A stretch of 64,000 nt of DNA from the human T2T-CHM13v2.0 reference genome, Homo sapiens. Shown here piece by piece: positions 1 through 14,800 of this stretch. The notes below the pieces were generated by a model, which worked only from the letters and a program-made list of their open reading frames with translations, did no database searches and had not been told where the DNA came from. The number at the start of each line of letters is the position of its first letter. The first letter of the stretch is position 1. The stretch lies in assembly GCF_009914755.1 (NCBI RefSeq), contig NC_060927.1. One strand, written 5' to 3'. The position numbers and the translations under genes were made by a program.

Positions 1-49
1 GAAATAAAAGGACAGTTCATTCCACTCATTTTTTATTAAACGACATCTT

Positions 50-355
50 GTATTATTTAAAGACAACTTTTACCATTATATAGGATATATATTATGAAAC
101 TATATGATTAGTCAAAGAGAAAAGCATGAAATTCTGGAATTTTATGTTTTATACACAGAAAATGTTTTATTTTTATATAAAAGGAATCTGTTTCTTATAT
201 TCTTTTTGTCTTAGTTTCTATGTATATAAAATAGAGATGGTTCAAAAAAGCTTCCAACTTGTTGAAAATGTGATAAAAAAACACAGCATAACATAATATG
301 ATAAATCTAATGATAAAATTGCTTGCAGTGTCATTACTGGTTCAGCTAATAATAA
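50..355 (+). repeat. Local duplication copy A (paired with 3033-3332)
   Basis: Long shared blocks, e.g. cttatattctttttgtcttagtttctatgtatataaaataga and caaaaaagcttccaactt. Confidence 0.92.
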
Positions 356-384
356 TGAAAAGGAGGAGAAAAAGAAGAAAAATT

Positions 385-890
<506 letters not shown>

Positions 891-895
891 CTGCA

Positions 896-1249
896 TGTAT
901 TAGTCTGTTTTCACACTGCTAATGAAGACATACCTGAGACTGGGTAATTTATAAAGGAAAGAGGTTTAATTGACTCATAATTTCACATGGCTGGGGAGGC
1001 CTCAAAATCATGACAGAAAGCTAATGAGGGCAAAGTCATGACTTACATGGCAGTAGGCAAGACAGCATGTGCAGGGTAACTCCCATTTATAAAACCATCA
1101 GATCTCATGAGACTTATTCACTACCAGGAGAACAGTATGGGGAAACCGCCCCCTTGAGTCAATTATCTCCACCTGGCCACGCCCTTGTCATGTGAGGATT
1201 ATTACAATTCAAGGTGAGATTTGGGTGGGGACACTGCCCAACTGTATCA
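896..1249 (-). mobile_element. THE1-family (ERVL-MaLR) solo LTR
   Basis: TG...CA termini, THE1/MST-type sequence, 5-bp TSD ctgca at 891-895 and 1250-1254. Confidence 0.92.
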
Positions 1250-1515
1250 CTGCACTTTAGATGGATGTGCCCGTTGCACTTTATTTTCACTTCTGTAAAC
1301 TAAAAAGTTGGCATTACATCTTCTCTAGGGTCTCTTCCGGCTCTAACATTCTCTGAGCTGGTGTTCACTAGAGGCATGGTACAGAACAGAGAGAAGAGCA
1401 TCCTGTAGGAGTTCCTGTACCCATTATAGAAAAAAATGAAGTTTCATTCATGCTTTCATTTTTTCATCCATCTCTCATTATTCTTTCAAAAAAAACATTT
1501 ATTAAGAGCCTAATA

Positions 1516-1837
<322 letters not shown>

Positions 1838-3032
1838 GCCTAATATATGTCAAGTCCTGAATTGTGACCTGGTGCCTGCCATAAGGGCTTTACAGTCTAG
1901 TCAGGGCAATTATCCGTCTAGCTCATCTTTAATGCCAATTCCAACCTCTTGTGTTCAGTGTTCCAACACAGTGCTGTGTTCAGAGCATTCTGAAGCCATA
2001 GCTAGGCTCAAAGGGAAAGAGTGGCATTATAGATGTGTATATATGTATTGATATGTATCACACACACAGAACGGGGGTGTATTTACCAGATTTGCTTTTC
2101 TTCGATAAGTCCTTCTTGTAAGTTAGGAAAACATTTTTAAGCCCTAATACTACAAGTTCCCCTAAGTTATCTTACATGGGAACACGATTTGTCTTCTTAC
2201 CACCCTAGTTAGTAAGTTAATAATACTTTAAATCAGCTGGATCAGCCCCATAAATGTTTGTAAAATGTTTTATAGTGATATTCTAGAGAGTTGGGCTTAG
2301 TTCAGTAGCAGACACTAATGAGGGAAGGGAGAAGAAATAGGAAAAACATTCTGTAAAGATGAACCACGAGAGGTAGGTATCCCACTGGCTGACAATGCAA
2401 AATTCTCTAATTATTCTAAGACAGACAAGATGCCTGGCCTACTTAGCTTCCATAAAGTTGCAGCCCTAAATGTTTTCATTAGTCAAAACAGGAAAGTATA
2501 ATGAGCAGCTAACAAATTACAGTAGAAGTTAATCAATTGACACAGTTTTCTTGCTATAAAATTATGACATTAGAAATAATTCTTGATCATAAAGGCTTAA
2601 ATGGCTCTAACCTTCTCTGTAACTGTGTGGTTAATTTTCAGGTTAAATTCCTGCGGCACTGTAAAATCCATAACTAGTGTCTTGACTGGTGAAATTTTCC
2701 CTCTTGCTTGCCATGAATCAAGTATGATATTGTGAAAATCAAGATGGTGACAGTTTAATCACCTTTAGAAGGCCAAAAAGCAGATTGACACTTGCCCCCT
2801 TCTCCTGTAGGGATCAGACAACACCTGCCAGCATAGTGGAGCCCTAAGCACCAAGAGGGCAGAGTAAGCTGATACATCCATTGGCCTTTGACACTTTGGG
2901 ACTGAATAATTCTCCCCACCGAATAGACACACCCATCTGTGTCTTTATCACAATTCACAGTCCACACCCAAATCCCTGCTCTCTCCTTCCCCCACAATTT
3001 ATTGCCACTGACATAAATATAGACCTTCCTTT

Positions 3033-3382
3033 TATATTATTTAAGGACTACTTTTTACCATTATATTTTCTACAAAGTAGGATACATATTATGAAACAAT
3101 ATGATTAGCCAAAGAAAAGAGCATTAAATTCTGGAATTGTATGTTTTACACAGAGAAAATGTTTTATTCTTAAAGGATAGGAATCCATTCCTTATATTCT
3201 TTTTGTCTTAGTTTCTATGTATATAAAATAGAAATGGTCCAAAAAAGCTTCCAACTTATTGAAAATGTGAGAAAAACACAGTATACCATAATATAATAAA
3301 TCTAATGATAAAACTGGTTCAGCTAATAATAAAGACAAATGAGATACATCTCTATGCCCACCATTGCTCAGAGACACATGTC
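3033..3382 (+). repeat. Composite duplication: copy of 50-355 fused to copy of 4447-4498
   Basis: Direct comparison by eye; 3331-3382 equals 4447-4498 at 51/52 positions. Confidence 0.92.
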
Positions 3383-3598
3383 TGAGCATAACATGCCCTA
3401 CAAGGCAGTTATGATCATTAGCCCCATTCTCCTCCCCCCCCACAATTTATCCCCACCAACATATAGATCTCCCTTTTCCTTTTCTTCTAACTCCTCTTTC
3501 TTTCTTTGCCCACCATTCACACTGAAGCCTGTTCTTACTCGTTAATCTTTGCCTAAATTCTCCCTCCACCTCCTCACTTCAACTGAAATCAGTTTTAC

Positions 3599-3820
3599 CT
3601 TAGGAACCTCATTTCCGGCCCAGCCTTCTCAGGTCCTCACTGCTCCTTGTTCTTCTCAAGTCCTCACTGCTCCTTCTCAAGTCCTCACTGCTACAGGAAG
3701 AGAAAGAAAGGATGTTTTTCCCATCATCTTCTTGCCTCTTGACCTCATGCCTTCCAGCAAAGCCCCAGACACCCGCTGGCTCTGTGTAAAGGAACCTCCT
3801 CTCAAAGCCTGGGGAAAGCT
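3599..3820 (-). other. Candidate upstream non-coding exon, possibly of WDR49
   Basis: Purine-rich minus-strand segment ending in CCTAAG|gtaaaa; gene assignment only from recalled synteny; 5' boundary is a guess. Confidence 0.3.
3624..3692. repeat. ~21-bp tandem repeat x3 (cttctcaagtcctcactgct)
   Basis: Seen directly; gives the SSEDLRR repeats in ORF 3609..3839. Confidence 0.9.
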
Positions 3821-4557
3821 CTGGCCCTGCCCTTGGCACCTTTTAAGCCCTCAACAGATATTAGTTTCTTTCCTTCTTTGTTCCTTATCCTCCCAGTTAG
3901 AATTAATTACTCCTTTCACTCTGCAACCACAGCATTTTTTTCAGACTTTAAACACAGCACTGTTTCTTCCTGCTTTGTAATGTAATTAGTTGTCTGTGTA
4001 TCTCTCTCTCCCATTAGATTAACTCCTAAGAACAGGGATGATACCTCACTAATGCTGCAGCCTTACATTGCCCAACACGGTGTTCTGCATAAACTTCTCG
4101 ACACTACAGCAATGTATGCTCATTTGTAAACAAGGTGGGTAAAGGAGACATTCACCTATAACCTTGAGTTATCAAGCAAGGGTCCTGGGAATAGGCGGCA
4201 TTGAATCAGAAGGAGAAGCAGAATTCTGTGAAAAAAAGAAAATCATATGACTCAAAGGTCATTAAGAAAAAGAGAGAAAGAAAATTAGTGACAGAAATGA
4301 AATTTGAGACAGTATCTTCAAGCCACTTAAAATTATCAAGTGCTTTTTGAAAAAATGCATTTTCTTCATACAATTTCTGTGTAATGTACAAATATGTGTT
4401 GAAGCTTTACTCTGTCCCAGGTGCTGCTTCTAAACACTGGAAAAGCAAAGATAAATGAGATACATCTCTATGCCCACCATTGCTCAGAGACACATGTCAC
4501 AGTAAATGTTGGCTTTCAATTAATCCTATCTTTTGAGAAAGTAGTTTCCATTGTTAA

Positions 4558-4894
<337 letters not shown>

Positions 4895-5189
4895 AAAACT
4901 GTATTTTCATAACAGCATTTCTCAAACTTTTCAAGTATTTGAACACAGAATTATTGAAATAATGATATCCTAAAACAACTAAATATATAATTTTGCAGTA
5001 AATTACATATCATAAAGAAGCAAGCAGCGGTAGCTAAATTTAAAAATAGATGCGGAAATAGATTGTAAAACTGAGAAAATTATTGACTTAAATGTTCTAA
5101 CTTACTTGAAAAAAGCCCACTAAGACTTTATCAGTAGACACTTAGGATCCGCTGAATTTAATATTGAGATCAGTACTTAAAAGTATTCA

Positions 5190-5485
<296 letters not shown>

Positions 5486-5904
5486 TCAGAAGGTCAATCT
5501 ATTTATGCAAATTCTGATGAGTATTTCCAACAACGAATCACTTTTGTCCCTCTTTGCTTTAGCATATCTTCTCTTTGAAATCCAGCATCCTTGTTTTCAG
5601 TCACACGTGGGTCTCTCAGTCATCAGTGGGGCCTTCATAAGGGAGCCACTTACTCGGCAATTGCTCTGAACTAGCTTACTAAATTCCTTTCCATTGCCTC
5701 TCTGAGAAAACTGCCTGCTATTCTACCTGGGGCTTTAGAACAGTGTGTCAAAGCCACCTAGATATCGAACACTCGCATTCATGTTTAGAGCCACTAGAAA
5801 ACAGTCAAAAAATCATTGCATGAAAGGAGTCACTGATAATCCAGTAAGCATTTACTGATTGTCTCCTTGAAGAAAGACAGAAAGCAGTTAGGTGGGAAAT
5901 GAAC

Positions 5905-6620
5905 AATTATTGAGCTCCTAGTATATGCCAAACATTGTGTTAAGCACTTTCACAAATGTTATTTTACTTAATTCTTGTGATATCTCTGCAAGATACCTAA
6001 TGTTTTCTCTCTTTTTTTGACAGATGAGGAAACTAAAACAAAAAATATCTCATCCAACTTCATACAACTTGCAAATTCTATAATGTAGCAATGCCAATAG
6101 AATGACGTTATGCACTTTAAGAACATTACATAGATTAGTTCCTTTAATTTTCCTGGAAATCCTATGATATGGGCACTATTATTGTCATCATTTTTAGCTG
6201 AAGAAACTGAGGCTTAGGCAGGGCAAATGACGTGTTAGGATCATCCAGCAAGAAGTAGAAAAGCTGGAGTTCAAATCCCAAGTTTCTCCATAGTATAAAG
6301 CCCTGTGCAGGGTAGACTGCTAAACACCACAATAAATTCTAACCCAGTTCAGGAGCTAAAACGTGCAAAAAGTAAAGAAATAAGAAAGCCCATACTAGGA
6401 AATAAAGTCAAATGGGCTTAAAATTTGGAGTCAGAATACCAGGTTCAAGTCTTGTTTCTCTCATTTTCAGCCCTATCATCTTGGGCAGGTTGAGTCATTT
6501 CTCAAAATGAAGATAGCAGAATTGTTTATCTCATAGAATCATTTTAAGGTTAAAAAGATAAAATACAGTGAAAACTCTATGTAAATTTTAAAACATTATG
6601 CACATGAATTAACATTAATA
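5905..6620. mobile_element. Cluster of MIR fragments
   Basis: Cores ttgacagatgaggaaact, gaagaaactgaggctt, ggttcaagtc. Confidence 0.65.
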
Positions 6621-7966
6621 TTATTACACAGTTGGAAGAAGGTAAATTTCCTGCAACCTTGGGAAAATAAGGTAGGAGTTCACAGAGAGATTGGAATATT
6701 AGAATTGTAAAACAGAATGAAGCAAAATTATCTATATCATGATGTTTCACATTAAAGCTGAGATTCTGTAATCATTTTCATTGTGTTTAGGAAGGTCTTA
6801 TGTCTAAATCTATTCCAGAGAGCAACGCTATATCAATACTTCAATGTTAGTTATTAAATGCAATGATTGTGTGCGCGCACACATTTGTATGAGTTAGTAG
6901 ATGTGTGGTTTTATCATTTTGAAAAAATGCTTTCTTCCTTATGATTAGTCAGAGTTAATGTCAACTATAGACATCTTCCCTAAGAGGGCCTGGTCTGTTC
7001 GGCACTGTCTGAATCTGTTTTTTTTAATAACAACAGAAATGATATTCAAAGCAGTGTAACTACTGTCTATCATAATGTGACCCTCTTAGACTGTCTGAGT
7101 GCCTGAATCCCCAGAATCAGATGTTTTGTTCCTAAAACATTAAACACTCTATTCTAGAAGGAAAGTGGATTTTAATTTAATTTGGTCTCACTGAATGGCT
7201 TAACCCCAAAGGAAGAGATATATATACATATAAACACACGTGCACACACGGAGACAGAGACACAGAGAGAGACAGAGAGAAGGAGAGAGATAAAGAGAGA
7301 GAAGGGGAGACATGTCAGGGCAAAGACTAGAAGTTTCTCAGATAAGTTGCCTCATATGGGGAAACTGTGGGCAGTTACAGTACTTTGGGTAAGCACTGAC
7401 CACTAACTGGGGTGGCAGAGGTATAAGGTAGCGATAAGAGTATCTCTGAAGGGAATAAAATACAATGAAACAGTAATTCTAAATTTAGAGTCAGGAGACC
7501 TGAATTTTGGTGCAGCCTCCACCATGTCCATGTGACTCTAAAATTTACCCTCATTGGGCGTCAGTTTCCACAGTCCTAAGTGAAGATAATGATTCCTACA
7601 TGTACAGTGCAAATAATTACTTTGAGGCTCAAATGAAATCATGTATAGAGACATTTTCTAGCCAGAAATGGCTATGTAAATATTTATTTTTTGGTTGGGT
7701 CATTCATTCGTTTTATATGTTTATGTGACTTAACATGTGTAGGGCACTACCCTGGTGATACCCAATAGCTATCAGTTATGGGTCTTAATATTAAGGAGCA
7801 TAAAGTCTAGAAAATGACATAAGCCATCCATATGAATCAGATAGGTAAAAAAGGGTGTAGATGAAATGGTATGCATGTTAAGGAAAAGACTGCTTAATTA
7901 TATATGGTTGAGGAGGCATGGTAAATGGAGTAAAAATAGCTTTGGAATTGGTGACATCTGAATGGG

Positions 7967-8414
7967 TGTTATGGCTTGAACTGTGTGCCCCCAGAATTAA
8001 TATGTTGAAGTCCCCACTGGGGCTACCCGAGTACCACAGAATGTGACCTTATTTGGAATAGGGTCATTGGAGATGTAATTAGTTAAGATTAGGTTATACT
8101 AGAGTAGTGTGGGCTCTAATCCAATATGACTGGTGTCCTTATAAAAATAAGAAATTGTCTATAAACACACACACATACACAAACACATAGGGAAAGCCAT
8201 GTAAAGACTGGGGTTTGCTGTCACAAGACAAAGAACTATCAGAAGCTGTAAGTGAAGCCTGGAATAGGTCCTTTCCTAGTGCCTTCATAGGGAATATGGC
8301 CCTGCCAATGCCTTTATGTCAACTTCTTGTCTCTAGAAACAAGACAATAATTTCTGTTATTTAAGCCACTGAGTTAGTGGTATTTTGTTATGGCAGCCCA
8401 TGGAAACTAATACA
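7967..8414 (+). mobile_element. MLT1 (B/C-like) LTR
   Basis: tgttatgg..gaatgtgaccttatttggaatagggtc..gaaactaataca. Confidence 0.88.
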
Positions 8415-9631
8415 TTTTTTTATATGGGAAGACAGGAAAAAAAGTTTATGGATAGAAATCTATGTTGTTGAAGTTTATTATTATTAAACTAATATAAGAT
8501 AGAAATAAATACAATCATTATATTGTAATAATATACCTACAATACTGAACACCTAGCACAGTGCTTGACACATAGTAGGCACCAAATAAATATTGAATGA
8601 ATGTTTTAACCAACAAAAAGGAGATCACAGAAAGGGGAATGGATTGGCATCAAATATATATGTTTTAATCTGTTTCATACTCTTTTTTTTCTGGGCAAAA
8701 CCTCTACTTAACCACAAAAAAAATCAGAAACATCCATATTTCTATGAAAAATGCTACCATTTCACCTTTGTTTACTTTAGGAAATTCTGTCTAGGAAAAC
8801 AAAGAAATAAAAGGGAAAAAGGGCAATAGAAAGGAATTTTACACTTGTAAAAATCAAAGTTCTGAAACAAAACGCACTTTGAAAGATTGAAAGCTATAGT
8901 CCCAAGAAAGAATACTGGCACAATAAATATTTCTCACAGAACATAGTGTGCCTCCTGAGCATGGTGCCTCTGATTGAAAGCCGTGAAGACCAAGGGCCTC
9001 TATTTGTCTACAGCAGGAGCAGCAGTCATCAAATTAATATCGGAAGTGCACTCCTACATCAAGTTGTTGCAAGTGTACTCACAAAGAAGACATCTTACAA
9101 AATGCAGATGGAGCTGTTGCAATCATTGCCTAGGCCAAATGCTGTCAGAGAAAATGGATCTCAATTTACTCAACACATTTTGGTTTTGTAATTTTCAAGA
9201 TTAACTCTTGCCATCGTCTGAAACAATATGAGGTTCTTAGGAGAGCTTTAAAAACGCACTCTTGTATGTTCAGAGCAAATGGTACAAGTGATAATTGTTG
9301 TGTTCATGTCCACTACACGGGGGTGGGGTGGTGATTAGCTCAGGAAAAAGAGCTCATGTACCTATTGGGAAAATACAGTGGAGGAAATCATGGGGCTTAC
9401 AACTTTACCAAGGGGGGCATTAATTTAGGGAAGTGAGTCAAGTTTTCAATTAGGAGGAAAATGATACAGATATACGACAATAAACAGCTTCATGACCTTG
9501 GGTAAGTTACTTAACTTCTCTGGTTTCAGAATCTTCACCTGTAAAATTGTAAGAATAAATTACATGGTCTTTAAAGTCTCTTCTAGTACTTAATTTAAGA
9601 AGGACAGGGAAGGAAAATATAAGAATCCTAA

Positions 9632-10032
<401 letters not shown>

Positions 10033-11814
10033 TTAAATACTTTTTTGATAATTATAAATGAAATCGTCATATGGATAAATAAGTCGACCTGTCAGTCAAG
10101 CATCTGTGCAACCTGCCACACACTTAGTCCTGCACTACCTGCTTCTCTTATTGGATTACCAGTGAGGATTTTGGAACTTGGTTATGGCAAATGGATTCTA
10201 TCAAAAGAAGGCAATTTACATTTATTTGTTTATCCACTCAGTTATTTATTTCCCCATTCATTCATTGAGCAGCCACAATGGCCAAGCATGGTGATAGGCA
10301 CTGACGATGACAGAGACAGGCTGGCTTTCTCCCACAAAGTTTGTCATCTAGTAGGGTGAGATAAGCAAAAAGCAGAAGGTTACTACACATTTTTATTAAA
10401 ACAGTGATAAGGGGGTCCAAGGAAGAACATGCACAGGCTCCTAAACCAGACGTGGAAGATCAGGTAAGAAAGATGTGATTAAATTCTGTCATATCTATGA
10501 TGGCACCCAAATGATTAGATATTGGCCAGATAAAGAATAGGAAAAAGAGGGTTTAAGCAGAAGATACAGTCTGTGCTAAGGCCTGGAGGTGGCCAAGCCC
10601 TTGGTGGATTCCTGGGGATAAAAGTAGTTTAGTCTGGGTGGCTCTTACAGCATAGGGAGAAGGGGCACAAGTCTGACTGGAGAAGTAAGCCTAGATCATG
10701 GAGCCATAGGAAGGAGCTAGGTGTTCATGCTCAGGACACTGGGAAGCTATCGAAATTTTAAGCTGGGAATGTAACATAATGAGATGTTCATTGACAAAAA
10801 ATCGTTGAATTGCCCAGTGGTTTTCATCTAGGTAGTTTCATAAATGATCTAGGCAGTTTTTTTTTTTTTAAATCCAATAACAGCCCCCTCCAGAAGAATT
10901 ATTTGAAATCCCTGGAGGTGGAATCTAGGCACCAATATATTTTAAAGTTCCTTAAAAGATTTTATTGTGCAGCCCAGGTTCGAATTACTGGATTGAAAGG
11001 GGGGCAAAACCAGCTAGGAGGCAATACACATAATCAAGTTGACAGGTAATGATGGCTTATTTACAGCCTAGAAAAATATCAGAAATACAAGAAAGAGTAT
11101 CCAATGAGTATAGAGGAGAGAAGAATCAAGAATGGATAATAAGCACAATTCTGAAATATCTTTTTGCAAAGTTTTGAACTCAGAAAACATGTAAATATTT
11201 TAAACATTAAAAAATAAAAATAAGTCAACAAAAGCGGGGAACAAACTAAAATTGAACACAAATAGAAACAAGTGAACCTAACCAAGTTGATGACATAACC
11301 ACAAGGAGGGGAAAATCCAACGGAACTTCAGAGTGTGTGCAAAGAAATTTTGACCTCTAATAGATTTCTAGATTGTGGTGGCATGGGAGTAGAAATTTTG
11401 TGCCTATTATTGAATTGTACCAATAAATAAACATTGTTTTATTTTAGGAATCAGGGTTTCCATTATAGCAGAAGAGAGATACAAATATGGAACGGAGAAA
11501 GGCAATGAAGAACTCTGTGCTATTGGATGGGAATGAGAAGTATCAGTATAAATTTACACACACACACACATTTATTTCCTAGCACTGACTGTTGAGACAT
11601 CTCAGTTACAAAGTGACACCTACAGCCCAAGTCTTCATTTCTAAATACCATTCTACTTGTAGAAATGAATGATTCTTGGGTTAATATAAGAAATCTGGAA
11701 TGTTTTCTTGCCTAGAAAATAATAAAATGCTTTTAAAATGATGAGAAAATTAGAGAAACCAAAAAAGTGCTCCCACTGACCAAATCAGGATCATTAAAAA
11801 ATATATTTTTCAAC

Positions 11815-13127
11815 TTTTTAAAAAAATTTTTATGGGTACATAGTAGGTGCATATATTTATGGGGTACATGAGATGCTTTGATACAGGCATGCAATGTGAA
11901 ATAAGCACATCATGGAGAATGGGGTATCCATCCCCACAAAAGCATTTATCCTTTGAGTTACAAACAACCCAATTACACTTTATTTTAAAATATACATTAT
12001 CATTGACTATAGTCACCCTATTATGACATCAAAAAGTAGATCTTATTAATTCTATTTTTGTTTGTTTGCTTTTACCCACTAACCATCCCTACCTCCTTCT
12101 AACCCCCCTCTACACTACCCAGCCTCTGGTAACCATCCTTCTACTCTCTATGTTCACTAGTTCAATCGATTTGATTTTCAGATCCCACAAATTAGTGAAA
12201 ACATGCAATGTTTGTCTTTTTGTGCCTGGCTTATTTCACTTAACATAATAATCTCCAGTTCCACTCATGTTGTTGCAAATGACAGGATCTCATTCTTTTT
12301 ATGGCTAGCTGAATAGTACTCCATTGTGTATAAATACCACATTTTGTTTATGCATTCGTCTGTTGATGGACACTAAGGTTGTTTCCATAGCTTAGTAAAC
12401 TGTGCTGTAACAAAATCTTAGCTTAGTTAACAGTGCTACAACAAACATAGGAGTGCAGATATCTCTTCAATATACTAATTTCTTTTTTTTCTGGTGGGGG
12501 ATGGGGATATCTATCCAGCACTGGGATTACTGGATCATATGGAAGCTCAATTTTAGTTTTTTGAGGAATGTCCAAACTGTTCTCCGTAGTGGTTGTGTCA
12601 ATTTACATTCCCACAAACAGTGTACAAGAGTTCCTTTTTCTCCACATTCTTGCCAGTCTTTGTTATTTCCTGTTGTTAGGGTAAAAGCCATTTGAATTGG
12701 AGTGAGACGATCATCTCATTATAGTCTTGATTTGCATTTCTCTGACAATCAGTGATGTTGAGCACTTTTTCATATGGCTGTTCACCATTTGTATGTCTTC
12801 TTTTGAGAAATGTCTATTCAAATCTCTTGCCCATGTTTTGATCAGATTACTAGAATTTTTTCCTATAGAGTTGTCTAAGCTCCTTATATATTCTAGTGAT
12901 TATTCCGTTGTCAGAGGGGTAGCTTGGAAATATTTTCTCCCATTATATGGGTTGTCTCTTCACTTAGTTTATTGCATATTTTGCTTTGCAGAATCATTTT
13001 AACTTGATGTAGTCCCATTTGTCCATTTTTGCTTTGGTTGCCTGTGCTTATGGGGTATTGCTCAAGAAGTCTTTGCCCAGACCAATGTCCTGGAGATTTT
13101 CTCCAATGTTTCCTTGTAGCAGTTTTG
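11815..13127 (-). mobile_element. 5'-truncated L1MA (MA1-3-like), inserted in older L1ME/MD debris (~11130-14110)
   Basis: L1MA 3' end (tatgggtacatagtaggtg...aggcatgcaatg) and ORF2 C-terminal sequence on minus. Confidence 0.88.
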
Positions 13128-13128
13128 T

Positions 13129-13307
13129 AGGGAGGGAGGGAGGGAAGGAGGGAGAGAAGGAGGGAGGGAAGGAGGGAGGGAAGGAAGGAAGGAAGGAAAG
13201 AAGGAGGGAAGGAAGGAAGGAAGGAAAGAAGGGAGGGAGGGAGGGAGAGAGGGGACAGGGAGGAAGGGAGGGAAGCAAGCGAAGAAGGAGGGGAAGAAGG
13301 AAGGGAG
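13129..13307 (+). repeat. (GGAA/GGGA)n polypurine tract
   Basis: ~180 bp that is almost purely G/A. Confidence 0.95.
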
Positions 13308-14219
13308 TAAAGAAATTTTAATAGAGTTAGAAATTCATTATTTTACAACAAACTTTAATAATAATTGATTCAGGAAATAATTATCAATAGATGAAAGTTT
13401 CTTAGGAAATAAAATATGTATACAATTTCAAAGCATCTTCTCCACAGATTACTTAATTACAGAAAGGAAGGGGGTACTTTTCAATGGAGCAAGTTACGGA
13501 AGTTAACATCACCAATAATGGGACAAACAGACATCATGTGTATCGTGATAAGTTGCACTAAGAAGAACCTATCATAACTTCTGCAATATCCTTGCCAAAA
13601 TTCATAACTGAATCTAATCATAAGCCAATAATCTGACAAACCCAAATTGATGGAATTCTATAAAACCACCAGCTGTTCTCTTAAAAAAAGTCAATGTTAT
13701 GAAAAGACAAAGAAAAATTGAAACTGAAGATACATGGCAACTAAATCCATGTCATAATCCTAGATTGGCTCCTGAATTGGGGTGGGAGGGTGGGGAGGGA
13801 ACAGTATTGGAAGGATAAACAAAATTGAAATATGACTGTATATTAGATAACAGTATTAAATCAATTAAATTTTCTGAATTTGATTATTGCCCTAAGTTAT
13901 GTAAAAAATATATACTTGTTCTTAAGAGATATATGGTGAAGTATTTAGGATAAGGTCATGGTCATGATGTCTGCAACATTTAAAATTAGTTCAACAATGA
14001 TGATAATACATATTATATAACAATGATACATACATACATATAGACATATTATTGTACAATTCTTGCAATTCTTCTGTAGCTTTAAATTTTTTTCAAGCTA
14101 AAAGAAAAGTGCAAATTTCAGGATTTAGGCTTGAGCTGTTGTAGCACCAACAGATGGCTAGTTGAGTATGAGGACAACCTCACCCAGGGAAGTCCCTGGC
14201 TCTGGGCTATGCCCAGGCA

Positions 14220-14800
14220 TCCATGACTAGTGTTCATTCTCCAGTGCTGCCTGTCTGCATCTCATTCGTCTCAAGGTTCATAAATTTCGAGAGAACTTTA
14301 TTTCTTATAAAGTGTTTCAGCCTGCAGGGAAGTATAGATACCCTCCAGCAGAGGCGAAAAACAAGTCACTTTGGAGGAAAGGTAAGACAGGAATTTATGC
14401 TACGCAGGTTAGCTAGGTATATATATTCAACAGGTTATAAGAGGAGATATGAATATTGACAAAGGGGGACACCTGCATGTGTATTAAGCAAACGTGCATG
14501 CATGCATCTTTGGCATAGAGACTTAACATTTAAACGTATTTAGGCCCAATATGTCAAAAGGTGAAGCTCAATATGTCAAAAGGTGAAGCAGCAGAGGCTA
14601 AGACACTCAGTGTGCAGCCTCTGTAAACTGGCCAGAACAAGTCCATGATCAGTAGTCTCTCATCAGCAGAAAGTTACTGAAATCAGTCTCTTGTCAAATC
14701 AAAGCTGTACTTATGGCTTGTGGAATAGGGGTGGGAGAGTTATCAGTCAACATCTGGCAGTCAGTGAGCTGCAAATGTTTTAATATTGCTTATCTCAAGG
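14220..14800 (-). mobile_element. ERV1-class LTR fragment (subfamily uncertain)
   Basis: gcagcctctgtaaactggccagaa...gttactgaaatcagtctc; internal tandem duplication of aatatgtcaaaaggtgaagc. Confidence 0.6.

Noticed and set aside
3549-3980. Longest ORF in the track (143 aa)
   Set aside because: TTG start, low complexity, extended by a tandem repeat; no homology recognised
8946-9204. Two overlapping plus-strand ORFs with an acceptor-like tttgtctacag
   Set aside because: No recognisable protein family, no convincing donor, non-ATG starts; needs BLAST or conservation support
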